Positions 31,304 to 40,637 of a stretch of 64,000 nucleotides of DNA are shown piece by piece; positions within the stretch are counted from its first letter, which is position 1, and every line of letters starts with the position of its first letter. A model generated the notes under the pieces. The model saw nothing but the letters and a program-made list of their open reading frames with translations, ran no database searches and was not told the DNA's origin. The stretch covers positions 58,457-122,456 of the forward strand of contig JANYDA010000052.1 in the NCBI GenBank assembly GCA_025360005.1, given 5' to 3'. The stretch is from Fibrobacteria bacterium. GTDB taxonomy: Bacteria; Fibrobacterota; Fibrobacteria; UBA11236. A program made the position numbers and the translations under genes.

Positions 31304-32176
31304 TCAATGTTCCTGGTGGATGGCCATTCCCACGAATAGGGCCGAAAGCAAGGTGAAGATATACGCCTGCAGGAAAGCCACCAATACCTCGATGAGGTAG
31401 ATGAACAAGGTCATCGGCAAAAAGCCGATGGCGACATAATAGGATTTGAAGACGATGATGAGTCCGGTGAGGGACAGGATCAGGATATGGCCCGCCGTCA
31501 TGTTGGCGAAAAGGCGGATGCAAAGCGCCACGGCCTTGGTGAACAGGCCCATGAATTCGATCAAGGCGATGATGGGCAATACGAAAAGGGGAACACCTTT
31601 GGGCACCACGTTGACGATGTAATGCACGGGCCCGTTATGCGCCATGCCGGCCAGGTTATAAACCAGAAACACGATCAAGGCCATGGTGGCGGTGAAGTTG
31701 ACGTTGCCGGTGGCGGCGGTGAAGCCGGGGATCAGGCTGATGAGGTTGAGCGTGAGGAAGAAGAAGAAGATGGTGAGAAAGAAAGGCAGCCATTTGGGCG
31801 ATTCCTTTTTCCCCAGGTTGGGTTCCACCACTTCGTCGCGGATGTAGATGACCAGCGCTTCCAGCGCATGGCCCAGTTTGGAGGTGGGCGCATTGCCCTT
31901 GCGGCGTCCACCCAAGGCGAAGAGGAGGATCAATAGCCCGCCGGCGATCAACATCATCAGGACATGCTGGGAGATCCCCATATCGATGCCGAAGATATGC
32001 CAATGGGGCAGGGGGATGACCACTCCCGGGAGCGGATGCCATTCATAGGAGTTGGAGATATGGTGGGTCAGGAAGTCGCCCAGGTTCTCTTCGGCGCGGG
32101 CCGGACCCGGGCCGCAGGCCAAACCGAGAATGGCGGTCAGGGCGAAGCAGGGCGATAGGAATTTCTTTGGCTGCAT
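31304..32176 (-). CDS. atpB: ATP synthase F0 subunit a
   Basis: ALCIRLFANMTAGH, LQAYIFTLL; N-terminal signal-like extension. Confidence 0.96.
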   Translation of the reverse strand: MQPKKFLSPCFALTAILGLACGPGPARAEENLGDFLTHHISNSYEWHPLPGVVIPLPHWHIFGIDMGISQHVLMMLIAGGLLILLFALGGRRKGNAPTSKLGHALEALVIYIRDEVVEPNLGKKESPKWLPFFLTIFFFFLTLNLISLIPGFTAATGNVNFTATMALIVFLVYNLAGMAHNGPVHYIVNVVPKGVPLFVLPIIALIEFMGLFTKAVALCIRLFANMTAGHILILSLTGLIIVFKSYYVAIGFLPMTLFIYLIEVLVAFLQAYIFTLLSALFVGMAIHQEH

Positions 32177-32556
32177 CAAGTGCTCATCAGGCTGGCGTTA
32201 TGGCGCAGAAAATGGTGGATTTCCACGGCCAGATAGGCAATGAAGGAAATCATCGCGGTCAAAGTCAGGGCGAGCAAGGCAGACTGCTTTAGACCGCCCA
32301 ACAGGATGACCCCGATCAGGACCATGCCGATGACAGCCATGCGTACCACCATCCCCATCAGGTAAACATTGAAGGGATTCATTTTTCCCCGGAAGCGGTA
32401 CAATGGATAGATGGCGGCCAAGGCATTGAGGCCCATGAATACCACGGCTCCGGCGGCGAATGCGAGCGGATACCCTTCCAAGCGGGAGGAAACCAGACCT
32501 GCGGTCACGGCCAGGAAGACCATGACAATCGCGATTTTTTTGGAGTAGATGGACAA
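32176..32556 (-). CDS. ATP synthase protein I-like membrane protein
   Basis: Four TM helices; stop overlaps the atpB start (TGATG). Start uncertain. Confidence 0.6.
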   Translation of the reverse strand: MSIYSKKIAIVMVFLAVTAGLVSSRLEGYPLAFAAGAVVFMGLNALAAIYPLYRFRGKMNPFNVYLMGMVVRMAVIGMVLIGVILLGGLKQSALLALTLTAMISFIAYLAVEIHHFLRHNASLMST

Positions 32557-32684
32557 AACTGGGTAACCTGTTTTCCCGGAAAAAGATTTTTGCCGGGGTT
32601 TTTTTACGCGTGGGAAGCATAGCAAAGCAGCCGTAATCTTTAAAGGCCGCACGGGATAGCAAAACCCGGTTTGGGCTGTTCGCG

Positions 32685-32933
32685 CTAGGGCCCGGCGCCT
32701 TCTTGGCGTTCCAATTTTTTCACGGCACGATATATGGTATAACCGCTGGAGAAGAATCCCGCAAAGACGCCGATCAGCAATAGGATCGGCGGCGTCTGGA
32801 AATGCTTATCCAGCCACAATCCCCCGCCCACGAAAAGCAGCATATTGCCGACGATGATCCATCCCAGATTCAGGAAAGCAAGCCACTGGTTACTGCTATC
32901 CGCCTGCGGGTTTGGGGGGTTATTTTTTTTCAT
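32685..32933 (-). CDS. AtpZ/AtpI family small membrane protein
   Basis: GGGLWLDKHFQTPP..LIGVFAG motif. Confidence 0.8.
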   Translation of the reverse strand: MKKNNPPNPQADSSNQWLAFLNLGWIIVGNMLLFVGGGLWLDKHFQTPPILLLIGVFAGFFSSGYTIYRAVKKLERQEGAGP

Positions 32934-33264
32934 CCATCTGCATGGAGCAATTGCCTTGGAAAATTGCGCCCTCGTTGATGACCAACTCCCTGGTATTTAG
33001 GTCTCCCATCAGGATGGATTTGGATTCCAGGACGATTTTATCGAAGCCTCGGAGATTCCCGATGATTTGCCCGGCTACGGTTGCCGATCGCGCCTGCACC
33101 TGGCCTTCGATTTTACCTGTGGGCCCCAGCACCAACATGCCGCCCACATCAACCGTTCCTTTGAGGTAACCCTCTATCCTTAGATCATGTTCAACTTTGA
33201 TGTCGCCCAGGATCTGGGTTCCATCACTGATGAAAGTCATTGCTGCGGCTACGGATTTGGACAT
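32920..33264 (-). CDS. Bactofilin (polymer-forming cytoskeletal protein)
   Basis: TFISDGTQILGDI..LRIEG..INEGAIFQGNC beta-helix repeats. Confidence 0.9.
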   Translation of the reverse strand: MSKSVAAAMTFISDGTQILGDIKVEHDLRIEGYLKGTVDVGGMLVLGPTGKIEGQVQARSATVAGQIIGNLRGFDKIVLESKSILMGDLNTRELVINEGAIFQGNCSMQMDEKK

Positions 33265-33276
33265 AAGGCTCCTCTG

Positions 33277-34095
33277 CTACTTTAGGTATTGTTCCGGGTC
33301 CACGGATTTGCCCCTGACCAGGATTTCGTAATGAAGATGCGGGCCGAAACTGTTTCCGGTATTTCCTACCGCGCCGATGCTGGTCCCTTTCTCAACATGA
33401 TCCCCGACTTGGACAAAGCTCCGGCTTAAGTGCGCATAGAGGCTTTGCAGCCCATGGTTATGATCGATTTTCACGAACCGGCCCAAGTCCCTGTCCTGGG
33501 CCGCCTGGATCACGATGCCGCTGGCGGCGCTCGAGACGAGCGCATTGCTTTCCGCGATGATGTCGATGCCCTCGTGCCGGGCTTCCGGAGTCCCGGCGCC
33601 GTTATAAGGCTGGCTGATGATGCCGGCCACCGGCCAGATGTCCGGGATCTCTTCCCGCGAGGGGAAGAGGGAGGGTCCATGCTTGCGCTTCTCGATGGCC
33701 TGCACATCCGCCACGAACTTGTCCAGATCGCCTTGGGAAAGCCGGCTGCCGCGATCGCCATCCTTGGAGGAGTCCCCTGCCTGCTCGGCGATGAAGGTTT
33801 GTACAATGCCGCGGATCTTCCGTTCCTGTTCGGCTATCCTTCCCAACTCCATTTCCAATTGGGTCATCTTCTGTTGCTTGTCCATCAGCTGGCGATTGAT
33901 GGCGGCCAGATGCGACGCGGTCAGGACTTTGCCGTTGATCTCCGTGATCTTGACGGCGGCCAATGCGGTGGCGAACAACGCGATGACGATGGCGTAGAAC
34001 AGGAATTCAAAAAAGCGGTAACGCAGCTTGATGGTCCAGGCATCGCTGGAGTCATCGGGGAGGACCTGAATGGTGATATAGCGTTTCTTCGACAT
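33277..34095 (-). CDS. M23 family metallopeptidase
   Basis: WPVAG, HEGIDI, YAHL, GNTGNSFGPHLHYE. ATG 34095 preferred; the ORF-track start falls in a repeat. Confidence 0.9.
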   Translation of the reverse strand: MSKKRYITIQVLPDDSSDAWTIKLRYRFFEFLFYAIVIALFATALAAVKITEINGKVLTASHLAAINRQLMDKQQKMTQLEMELGRIAEQERKIRGIVQTFIAEQAGDSSKDGDRGSRLSQGDLDKFVADVQAIEKRKHGPSLFPSREEIPDIWPVAGIISQPYNGAGTPEARHEGIDIIAESNALVSSAASGIVIQAAQDRDLGRFVKIDHNHGLQSLYAHLSRSFVQVGDHVEKGTSIGAVGNTGNSFGPHLHYEILVRGKSVDPEQYLK

Positions 34096-34110
34096 CAGGG
34101 CCGCTGGAGG

Positions 34111-34264
34111 AGAGAGTGCAAAGTGCAAAGTGCAAAATTCAAAGTGCAAAATGGAGGAAAAGAGCGAGCGGCCGTTCGTGGCTGAAAGCGCATTGCAGCG
34201 GCTATCCCTGATTTATCTTAAACTTTGGATTTTGCACTTTGCACTTTGAATTTGACTTCTCTCT
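34111..34264. repeat. Inverted pair of tandem heptamer arrays (TGCAAAG)n ... (CTTTGCA)n
   Basis: Left arm AGAGAG-TGCAAAG-TGCAAAG-TGCAAAA-TTCAAAG-TGCAAAA. Right arm CTTTGGA-TTTTGCA-CTTTGCA-CTTTGAA-TTTGACT-TCTCTCT. Confidence 0.85.
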
Positions 34265-35116
34265 TTACTTAGTCAGTTGTCCACGCTCAAGCAAATCCGC
34301 GAAAGTTTCCAAATCCTGCCGGTTCATGTAATGGATTTCCAGTACGCCGCGGTTTTCGTTCCCTTTGAGGGTAACCTTGGTGCCCAGGAGAAAGCGCAAC
34401 TTTTCCAGAAAGGCCTGGGCATTGGGATTGAGCGCCTTGGTGCTATCCGATTTGCGTCCGCCGGATTTTTCCGCGCGCCGCACGTTAAGGTGATCATCCA
34501 CGATTTTCTGAGCCAGCTTGGCGCGCTTTTTCGGATCGGTTTGCAATAGGGCGCGGCCGTGGCCCGCGGTCAGCTTACCCTCTTTGATCATCGCCTTCAG
34601 ATCATCTTCTAGTTTGAGCAGACGCAATGTGTTGGTGATGGCGGAGCGGCTCTTGCCCAACTTCTGCGCCAACTCGTCATGGGTGATGCCGCAATTGTTG
34701 ATCAACTGCTCAAAGGCGATGGCTTCTTCGATGGCATTCAGCTGCACGCGCTGGATGTTCTCGATGAGGGCCATCTCCATCATGTCGCGATCGGAGAGCT
34801 GCTCGCGCACCAGAGCCGGGATCAGGGTACGGCCCAAAAGCCGCATGGCACGGAATCGGCGTTCTCCGGCTACTATCTGATAGCCGTCATGATGCTTGCG
34901 GAGGAGGATGGGCTGCAAGAGCCCTTTTTCCTTAATCGAGTTGGCCAGCTCTTGGATTTCTTCGGGACCGAAGTCAGTGCGCGGCTGGAAGGGATTTGGA
35001 GCTATTTTAGAAATTTCAATTTCCAGCGTGGCCGATCCCGTCTTGGGATGCACCACTTCCTGACCCAGGTTTCCGAAGATGGCTTCCAGGCCTTTGCCCA
35101 GGGCTTTCCTAGTCAT
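34265..35116 (-). CDS. parB: Chromosome partitioning protein ParB
   Basis: RKALGKGLEAI, PNPFQPR, GERRFRA, ENIQR. Confidence 0.97.
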   Translation of the reverse strand: MTRKALGKGLEAIFGNLGQEVVHPKTGSATLEIEISKIAPNPFQPRTDFGPEEIQELANSIKEKGLLQPILLRKHHDGYQIVAGERRFRAMRLLGRTLIPALVREQLSDRDMMEMALIENIQRVQLNAIEEAIAFEQLINNCGITHDELAQKLGKSRSAITNTLRLLKLEDDLKAMIKEGKLTAGHGRALLQTDPKKRAKLAQKIVDDHLNVRRAEKSGGRKSDSTKALNPNAQAFLEKLRFLLGTKVTLKGNENRGVLEIHYMNRQDLETFADLLERGQLTK

Positions 35117-35888
35117 TCAGGATGATCTCCTTGGCCAACTCCATGTAACGCATGGCTCCTGAACTCAAGGCATCATAGAGAATGATCGGTTGTCCGAACG
35201 AGGGGGCCTCGCTCAGCTTGACGCTGCGGGGGATGATGGTTTTGAACACCTTTTCGGAAAAGGTGTTTTGCACATCCTCGGCCACCTGTTTCGAGAGGTT
35301 CAAGCGACTATCGTACATGGTCAGCAAGGCGCCTTCGATGGAAAGCTTGGGATTCAGGTTCTGTTGCACCAGGCGGATGGTATTCAAAAGTTCGGCCAAT
35401 CCCTGCAGCGCATAGTATTCGCATTGGATGGGAATCATCACCGTGTCCGCTGCGGTAAGTACGTTCAGAGTGAGCATGCTTAATGAGGGCGGCGAATCGA
35501 TGAAAATGAAATCATAGTCGTCCCGGACCGCTTCCAGTACGCGCATCAGGCGTTTTTCCCGGAGGGGTTGGGTGATGAGTTGGACTTCCAGGCCCGCCAG
35601 GGAGCGTGAGCAGGGAAGGACCTCCAGGAAAGGCATACTGGTGGGCTTGACGAAATGGCGTACTTGGGCCTTGGTCACATCGCCTTCGGCCTGGGTCAGG
35701 ATATCGTAGAGATCTTCTTCAAAATCCTGGGGACTGAAGCCCAAACCTTGCGTGGCATTGGCCTGGGGATCCATATCCACCAGCAATACCTTTTTCTCCA
35801 TCGCAGCCAGTGCCGCCGAGGTGTTCACACAAGTCGTGGTTTTGCCCACTCCACCCTTCTGGTTGCAAGCGGCGATAATCCGGCTCAC
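35109..35888 (-). CDS. parA: Chromosome partitioning ATPase ParA/Soj
   Basis: NQKGGVGKTTT, DMDPQAN, QCEYYALQG, EAPSFG. Confidence 0.97.
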   Translation of the reverse strand: MSRIIAACNQKGGVGKTTTCVNTSAALAAMEKKVLLVDMDPQANATQGLGFSPQDFEEDLYDILTQAEGDVTKAQVRHFVKPTSMPFLEVLPCSRSLAGLEVQLITQPLREKRLMRVLEAVRDDYDFIFIDSPPSLSMLTLNVLTAADTVMIPIQCEYYALQGLAELLNTIRLVQQNLNPKLSIEGALLTMYDSRLNLSKQVAEDVQNTFSEKVFKTIIPRSVKLSEAPSFGQPIILYDALSSGAMRYMELAKEIILND

Positions 35889-36484
35889 ATCTCTCCTGTT
35901 TTGGTCGCAATGACTATAAAGTACCTGCGTGGATTTCCGGGGAGGTGATAGGGATAGTTGTCGACTTTGTCATAGCCCTGCGGGATATTGGTTTCTTCCG
36001 CGGTCTTGAAAGTCATGAATAGTCCGCCCGGCTTCAGCATTTTATAGGCAAGCCTTGCGTCCCGGGTGAACTCACCGAAGGCGCGACAACATACCACATC
36101 CATGTGGGACAGAAAAACCTTCTCGACGCGTTCCGAAAGGACGTGAAGATTGGGGATCCGGATTTCCCGGATCAACTCGGCCATCAATGCCGCTTTTTTC
36201 TGGCGAGGTTCAATGGCAAAGACATCGATGTCCGGACAGGCGATAGCGAGAGGAACGGCAGGCAGCCCCACACCGCTTCCCATATCCGCCAGCTTATTGA
36301 CTTCCTTGAAAAATGGCATCAGTTGGACCGAATCCACGATGTGGCGCTCCCAAACGGTCGGCTCATCCTGTTCGCTTACCAGGTTGATGTTTTTATTCCA
36401 TTTCCTCAGGAAATGTTCCACTTCCCTCAGTTTTTGGAGGGTTTTATCGTCAAATTTTGACGGATCCTGTAAAAGGTTTTCCAT
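35885..36484 (-). CDS. rsmG: 16S rRNA m7G527 methyltransferase
   Basis: WNKNINL, RHIVDS, DMGSGVGLP, CRAF. ATG 36484. Confidence 0.92.
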   Translation of the reverse strand: MENLLQDPSKFDDKTLQKLREVEHFLRKWNKNINLVSEQDEPTVWERHIVDSVQLMPFFKEVNKLADMGSGVGLPAVPLAIACPDIDVFAIEPRQKKAALMAELIREIRIPNLHVLSERVEKVFLSHMDVVCCRAFGEFTRDARLAYKMLKPGGLFMTFKTAEETNIPQGYDKVDNYPYHLPGNPRRYFIVIATKTGEM

Positions 36485-36788
36485 AGGGTAGGTAAATGTA
36501 TCATAAAGTTTTTGGATTTCAATGATTATCGGCCGCTGAGGGAGAAGCAAGGGTGGGATGGGCGTTAAAAGGACGAGGAAAGGCAAGAATTTTGCCCCTC
36601 GACGTCCTATATCGAGCGCTAAGATCAACGCTAAGATGAATTGGGCGACTATTTCAGCCGGCGAGCTTTACTAGTTCCTTGGCACCTAGGAGCGCAATCC
36701 CATTTCAAGGCTTTTGATTTTGCTCCGACGCTGAATGTCGATCGCCGACGAATGCTGCTAAATCCTACCAAGTTTAATCCTTCCGCTC

Positions 36789-37664
36789 TCATTCAATTCT
36801 CTGTTCCTTGCCTTTTGACGTTTCACGTGAAACCATAACTCCTGGTGCCACCGATGTTTCACGTGAAACATGAACTTTGCCCTGTAGATCCAACAGGTTT
36901 TGAAAACGACCGTGGGCTAAGCCGTACCAGTAGGCGGGGTGGGTCCGAACTAAAATTTCCAAGATGCGATGGTAGCGGCGGGCTAGGTTTTTGTTTGGAT
37001 GCTCGGATCGGCTTGGGTCTGCTATTTGGATAAGGCGAAGCTCTCCACTCGGAAGCAATGCGCCGAAAAATACCGGAGTGGGCGCTTTCTCGACAAGGAA
37101 TAGGGGGAGAGGATCTAGAAGCAATCTCTGGCCAAAGAAGGGGGCCGTGACGGCGGAGTGATCCACCCGCTGATCCCACAGCAGAGCAAAGCAATTTCCA
37201 GCCTGCAAATGCCGCCAGGCGCGACGGGGAATATCTTTGAATATGATCTTCATTCCCAACCGGTTTCTCAGACGCACAAGCAAAGATTGGCTCCAGCCAC
37301 GGGCCATGGGCCGCGCGCCGCTCAAGAGCGGGACCCCTTGGCTGGTCATCCATGCTCCCATCAACTCCCAGTTGTGAAAGTGGGCCGTCAAGAAAAGTGA
37401 CGAGCTGTTTTTCAAACGCTCGAGAGACTGGAGGTCTCGATGGCGAAGATGAATGGTCTTTGCGTATCGGCCATGAAAAAATTGCAGCAGATCGAAAGCG
37501 AGGGCTTGATAGAATAGGAGTCGGAAACCCAACGAGTATGGAAGATGACATAAATTTGCGTTTAGGTGAATTTTTTCCCGTTTCCAACCCATCACAGTGA
37601 GAAAGACGACCAAGGGAAGAGAAAGTACCCCTATATATAGTTTATATAGTTTTTTCTTAAACAA
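36789..37664 (-). CDS. Lipid A acyltransferase / LPLAT family (LpxL/HtrB-like)
   Basis: LFLTAHFHNWEL, LLWDQ, PFFG, HPAYWY. Start uncertain. Confidence 0.7.
   Translation of the reverse strand: MFKKKLYKLYIGVLSLPLVVFLTVMGWKREKIHLNANLCHLPYSLGFRLLFYQALAFDLLQFFHGRYAKTIHLRHRDLQSLERLKNSSSLFLTAHFHNWELMGAWMTSQGVPLLSGARPMARGWSQSLLVRLRNRLGMKIIFKDIPRRAWRHLQAGNCFALLWDQRVDHSAVTAPFFGQRLLLDPLPLFLVEKAPTPVFFGALLPSGELRLIQIADPSRSEHPNKNLARRYHRILEILVRTHPAYWYGLAHGRFQNLLDLQGKVHVSRETSVAPGVMVSRETSKGKEQRIE
36819..36834. promoter_or_regulatory. parS site
   Basis: cGTTTCACGTGAAACc palindrome. Confidence 0.85.
36855..36870. promoter_or_regulatory. parS site (perfect)
   Basis: TGTTTCACGTGAAACA, about 1 kb from parA. Confidence 0.93.
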
Positions 37665-37796
37665 TGTATTTTTGATATTTTTTAGTTTTTCGACCCGATC
37701 ACCATGGAAAACAGGAACTGAATTGGCCTAACCCTTGAATTTTCAAGGGGATGAAAACTAAATTGATCCCCTTCCTCTTAAAATGGATCTTTCATC

Positions 37797-37958
37797 ATGA
37801 AAAGAACGTTTCAGCCTCGCAATCGTAAAAGAGTCAACAAGCACGGGTTCCGTACCCGCATGGCCACCAAAGATGGCCGCGCTGTTCTGGCTCGTCGTCG
37901 CTCCAAGGGCCGTCATAAGCTTACGGTCAGCGATCAGATGACTTACAAGGACATCTGA
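37797..37958 (+). CDS. rpmH: 50S ribosomal protein L34
   Basis: Manual translation [53 protein letters not shown] (below the ORF-track cutoff). Confidence 0.98.
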   Translation: MKRTFQPRNRKRVNKHGFRTRMATKDGRAVLARRRSKGRHKLTVSDQMTYKDI

Positions 37959-38037
37959 ACTTTAAACTCCGCTTTTGATCGGGGGAGGTTCGCCTGTGAA
38001 CGCAAGCTCGACCCCGGAGCCGGGTCAGACCCGGCCC

Positions 38038-38382
38038 ATGCAGCTCCCGCTCAATAGACGTCGGCTCAACAAGCCTTATATGTATAAAAAGGTCTTTGAG
38101 AGCGGGAGGGCGCTAAGAAGCGCGCCACTTGTGCTCCGATTCTTCCACGTCGAGCAAGAATGCTCCCGTTTGGGTTTCATCATCCGGAAAAAAGTCGGCA
38201 ACGCTCCTATGCGAAACTCCATCCGCCGAACCTTGCGCCAATGTTTCGCGGCCGCCTTGCCGAAAATCCCGGAAGGCACCTGGATCATTTTCGACGTGCC
38301 CAACAGCGCCTCGCAAGCGACGCGCGGGGAATTGCGGGCGCAAGCGGATTCCTTTCTCACCACCATCGGCGGCGCAGCTTGA
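38038..38382 (+). CDS. rnpA: Ribonuclease P protein component
   Basis: SRLGFIIRKKVGNAPMRNSIRR (RNR-like motif); follows rpmH. Alternative GTG start at 37996. Confidence 0.85.
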   Translation: MQLPLNRRRLNKPYMYKKVFESGRALRSAPLVLRFFHVEQECSRLGFIIRKKVGNAPMRNSIRRTLRQCFAAALPKIPEGTWIIFDVPNSASQATRGELRAQADSFLTTIGGAA

Positions 38383-38383
38383 T

Positions 38384-38635
38384 ATGTTCCCGGTGAAACC
38401 GATTCCGAAAACCCTCGCGATTTTCCTTATCCGCATATACCAAGCTTTGCATGGCTCTTTCTTCACCGGCTGCTGCCGCTTTGAGCCTTCCTGCTCCCAC
38501 TACGCGATGGAAGCCATCGAGACGCGCGGCATGGCAAAAGGCATTCTGCTTTCCGCCTTCCGCATCGCGCGTTGCCATCCTTTTTGCAAGGGGGGGTGGG
38601 ATCCAGTCCCTTCCGTCCCTTCGCATAAACCCTGA
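38384..38635 (+). CDS. yidD: Membrane protein insertion efficiency factor
   Basis: IRIYQ..CRFEPSCSHY..RIARCHPFCKGGWDPVP. Confidence 0.93.
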   Translation: MFPVKPIPKTLAIFLIRIYQALHGSFFTGCCRFEPSCSHYAMEAIETRGMAKGILLSAFRIARCHPFCKGGWDPVPSVPSHKP

Positions 38636-38670
38636 TCCACTTTGCGCCTTTCCACCTTTAGGAGAATCAC

Positions 38671-40467
38671 TTGAATAGAAATAGCCTGATGGCTTGGGTC
38701 CTGCTGCTGGGACTGATGTTCGTATGGACCGGTTATAAGCAGAGGCAGGCCACCGCCGAGAATGCCAAGAAGATCGAACAGCAGAAGAAGGACTCGGTGG
38801 AGAACGCCGCCAAGCTGCCGGCGCCGGTATCCGCCGCCGATTCCGCCGCCATCGTTGCCGCGGGCGGGCATGCTCCGGCCACCCTGGGCGTCGTGGCGCC
38901 GGGAGCCAAGATCGATTCCGCCGTCATCGCCCATCGCGTCATTACGGTGGAGACCAACAAGTTCGTGGTGCAGCTGGACAACCAGGGCGCTAAGATCAAA
39001 TCGGTATACCTCAAGGATCTGGCCGGGCACAAGCCTTTCAATCCGGTCATCATCCCGGAAGAAGGCGGCGCTTTGGCGCTCACCGTGGATAACCAGGATC
39101 TGTCCAAGCTGCTTTGGCAGGTGGACGGCAAAGACAGCCTTTCCGTGAGGGGATCCGAAGCGGCCGTGGTGACTTTCAAGGGCGCAACGCCGGACGGAAA
39201 GAAAACCCTGGTCCGCACTTTCACCTTCACCGCCGATGGTACCAAGATCGCGCAGCACCTGGAAGCCTCCGCGCCCATGTCCTCCTATGCCATCAGCTGG
39301 ATGTCCGGGCTTTCGGAAACGGAACGCATTGCGCATGGCAAAGGCGTGGGGCTGATGAGCACCTATTTCAGCGAAGCCATCCTGGACAACGGCGTGAACG
39401 TGGAGCGCGTGGCCTTCATGGGATCCAAGACTTTCAACGAGGAAAGCGGGGTGCTCAAATGGGCCGGCCTGCGCCGCAAGTATGTGGCCGCGGTGGTGAA
39501 CTTCAACAAGGAGACCACGAACAAGGTGGTGGCCGTGGGCCGGGTCCCGGACGGGGAAGAGAAAACCTATCCGCACGATTATACCCTGCAGATCTTCGGC
39601 AACAATGTGGATGAGAAGACGCTGGATTTCGATTTCCTGGTGCTGCCGCTCTCCTACGATCAACTGCTGACCTACAACCAGAACTACGAGAAGATCATCT
39701 TCTCCGGCTGGGAATCCTTCTTCCGCGCGGATGTCTGGTACGTGGGGCTGTGCGGGGCCGTGCTGCACCTGCTGAAGTTCTTCTACGGGTTCGTCCACAA
39801 TTACGGCGTAGCCATCATCCTGCTGACCTTGCTGGTCCGCACGCTCACCTTCCCGCTGACCATCGCCCAGACCAAGCAGGGCGTGAAGATGCAGCAGCAT
39901 ATGCCCGCCATCGCAAAGATCCGCGAGAAGCATAAAGGCCAGCCCCAGAAGGCCAATATGGAAATCATGGAATACTACAAGAAGGAGGGAGTGAACCCGC
40001 TTTCCGGCGTGATGGGCTGTTTCCCGGTGCTCCTGCAGATGCCGATTTTCATCTCCCTGTTCAACGTGCTGGGCCGATCGGTGGAATTGAAAGGCGCGCC
40101 CTTCGTGCTTTGGGTCCACGATCTGGCGCGTCCAGACGTGGTGTACGAGGCCTTCAAGGTCCCCTACCTGTTCCCGTTGGGCGTGACCATCATGCCCTTC
40201 TTCATGGCCGCCACCATGTTCTTCCAGATGAAGGCGTCCATCAAGGATCCCAACCAGAAGTTCATGGTCTGGATGATGCCGGTGATGATGTTCGTCTTCT
40301 CCTGCTCCTTCCCCTCCGGGCTGGTGCTGTACTGGACGGTTTCAAACCTCTTCACCATCGGCCAGACTTATTTCTTCACCAACCGGCTGAAGCCGGCGGC
40401 AGGCGCGGGCGCATCCGGGAAAAACGTCCCGGTGGTTTCGACGCGCAAACCGTCCAAGACCAAATAA
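38671..40467 (+). CDS. yidC: Membrane protein insertase
   Basis: NYGVAIILLTLLVR, GCFPVLLQMPIF, PSGLVLYWTVSN; AGGAG plus TTG start. Confidence 0.96.
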   Translation: MNRNSLMAWVLLLGLMFVWTGYKQRQATAENAKKIEQQKKDSVENAAKLPAPVSAADSAAIVAAGGHAPATLGVVAPGAKIDSAVIAHRVITVETNKFVVQLDNQGAKIKSVYLKDLAGHKPFNPVIIPEEGGALALTVDNQDLSKLLWQVDGKDSLSVRGSEAAVVTFKGATPDGKKTLVRTFTFTADGTKIAQHLEASAPMSSYAISWMSGLSETERIAHGKGVGLMSTYFSEAILDNGVNVERVAFMGSKTFNEESGVLKWAGLRRKYVAAVVNFNKETTNKVVAVGRVPDGEEKTYPHDYTLQIFGNNVDEKTLDFDFLVLPLSYDQLLTYNQNYEKIIFSGWESFFRADVWYVGLCGAVLHLLKFFYGFVHNYGVAIILLTLLVRTLTFPLTIAQTKQGVKMQQHMPAIAKIREKHKGQPQKANMEIMEYYKKEGVNPLSGVMGCFPVLLQMPIFISLFNVLGRSVELKGAPFVLWVHDLARPDVVYEAFKVPYLFPLGVTIMPFFMAATMFFQMKASIKDPNQKFMVWMMPVMMFVFSCSFPSGLVLYWTVSNLFTIGQTYFFTNRLKPAAGAGASGKNVPVVSTRKPSKTK

Positions 40468-40495
40468 ACCGGAAAGCGACCGGCTCAGCGGCATA

Positions 40496-40636
40496 ATGAA
40501 TGCGATGAGCCGGTTGCCACAATGAACGCGACGAGCGCGGAGTTTGCATAGGCAGGCATCCGGGTGATGGGCCGGTGGGCCTATGAACGCGACGAGCATG
40601 GAGTTTGCCCGGCAAACTCCAAAGCGAGGAGCCTAA
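40496..40636 (+). repeat. Three imperfect direct repeats ATGAAYGCGAYGAGC.. between yidC and mnmE
   Basis: Units start at 40496, 40522 and 40583; each opens a mini-ORF. Confidence 0.6.
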
Positions 40637-40637
40637 C

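Noticed and set aside
40496-40610. Direct repeats considered as a mini CRISPR array
   Set aside because: Irregular spacing (26 and 61 nt), degenerate units and no cas genes; no CRISPR array seen anywhere in the window.
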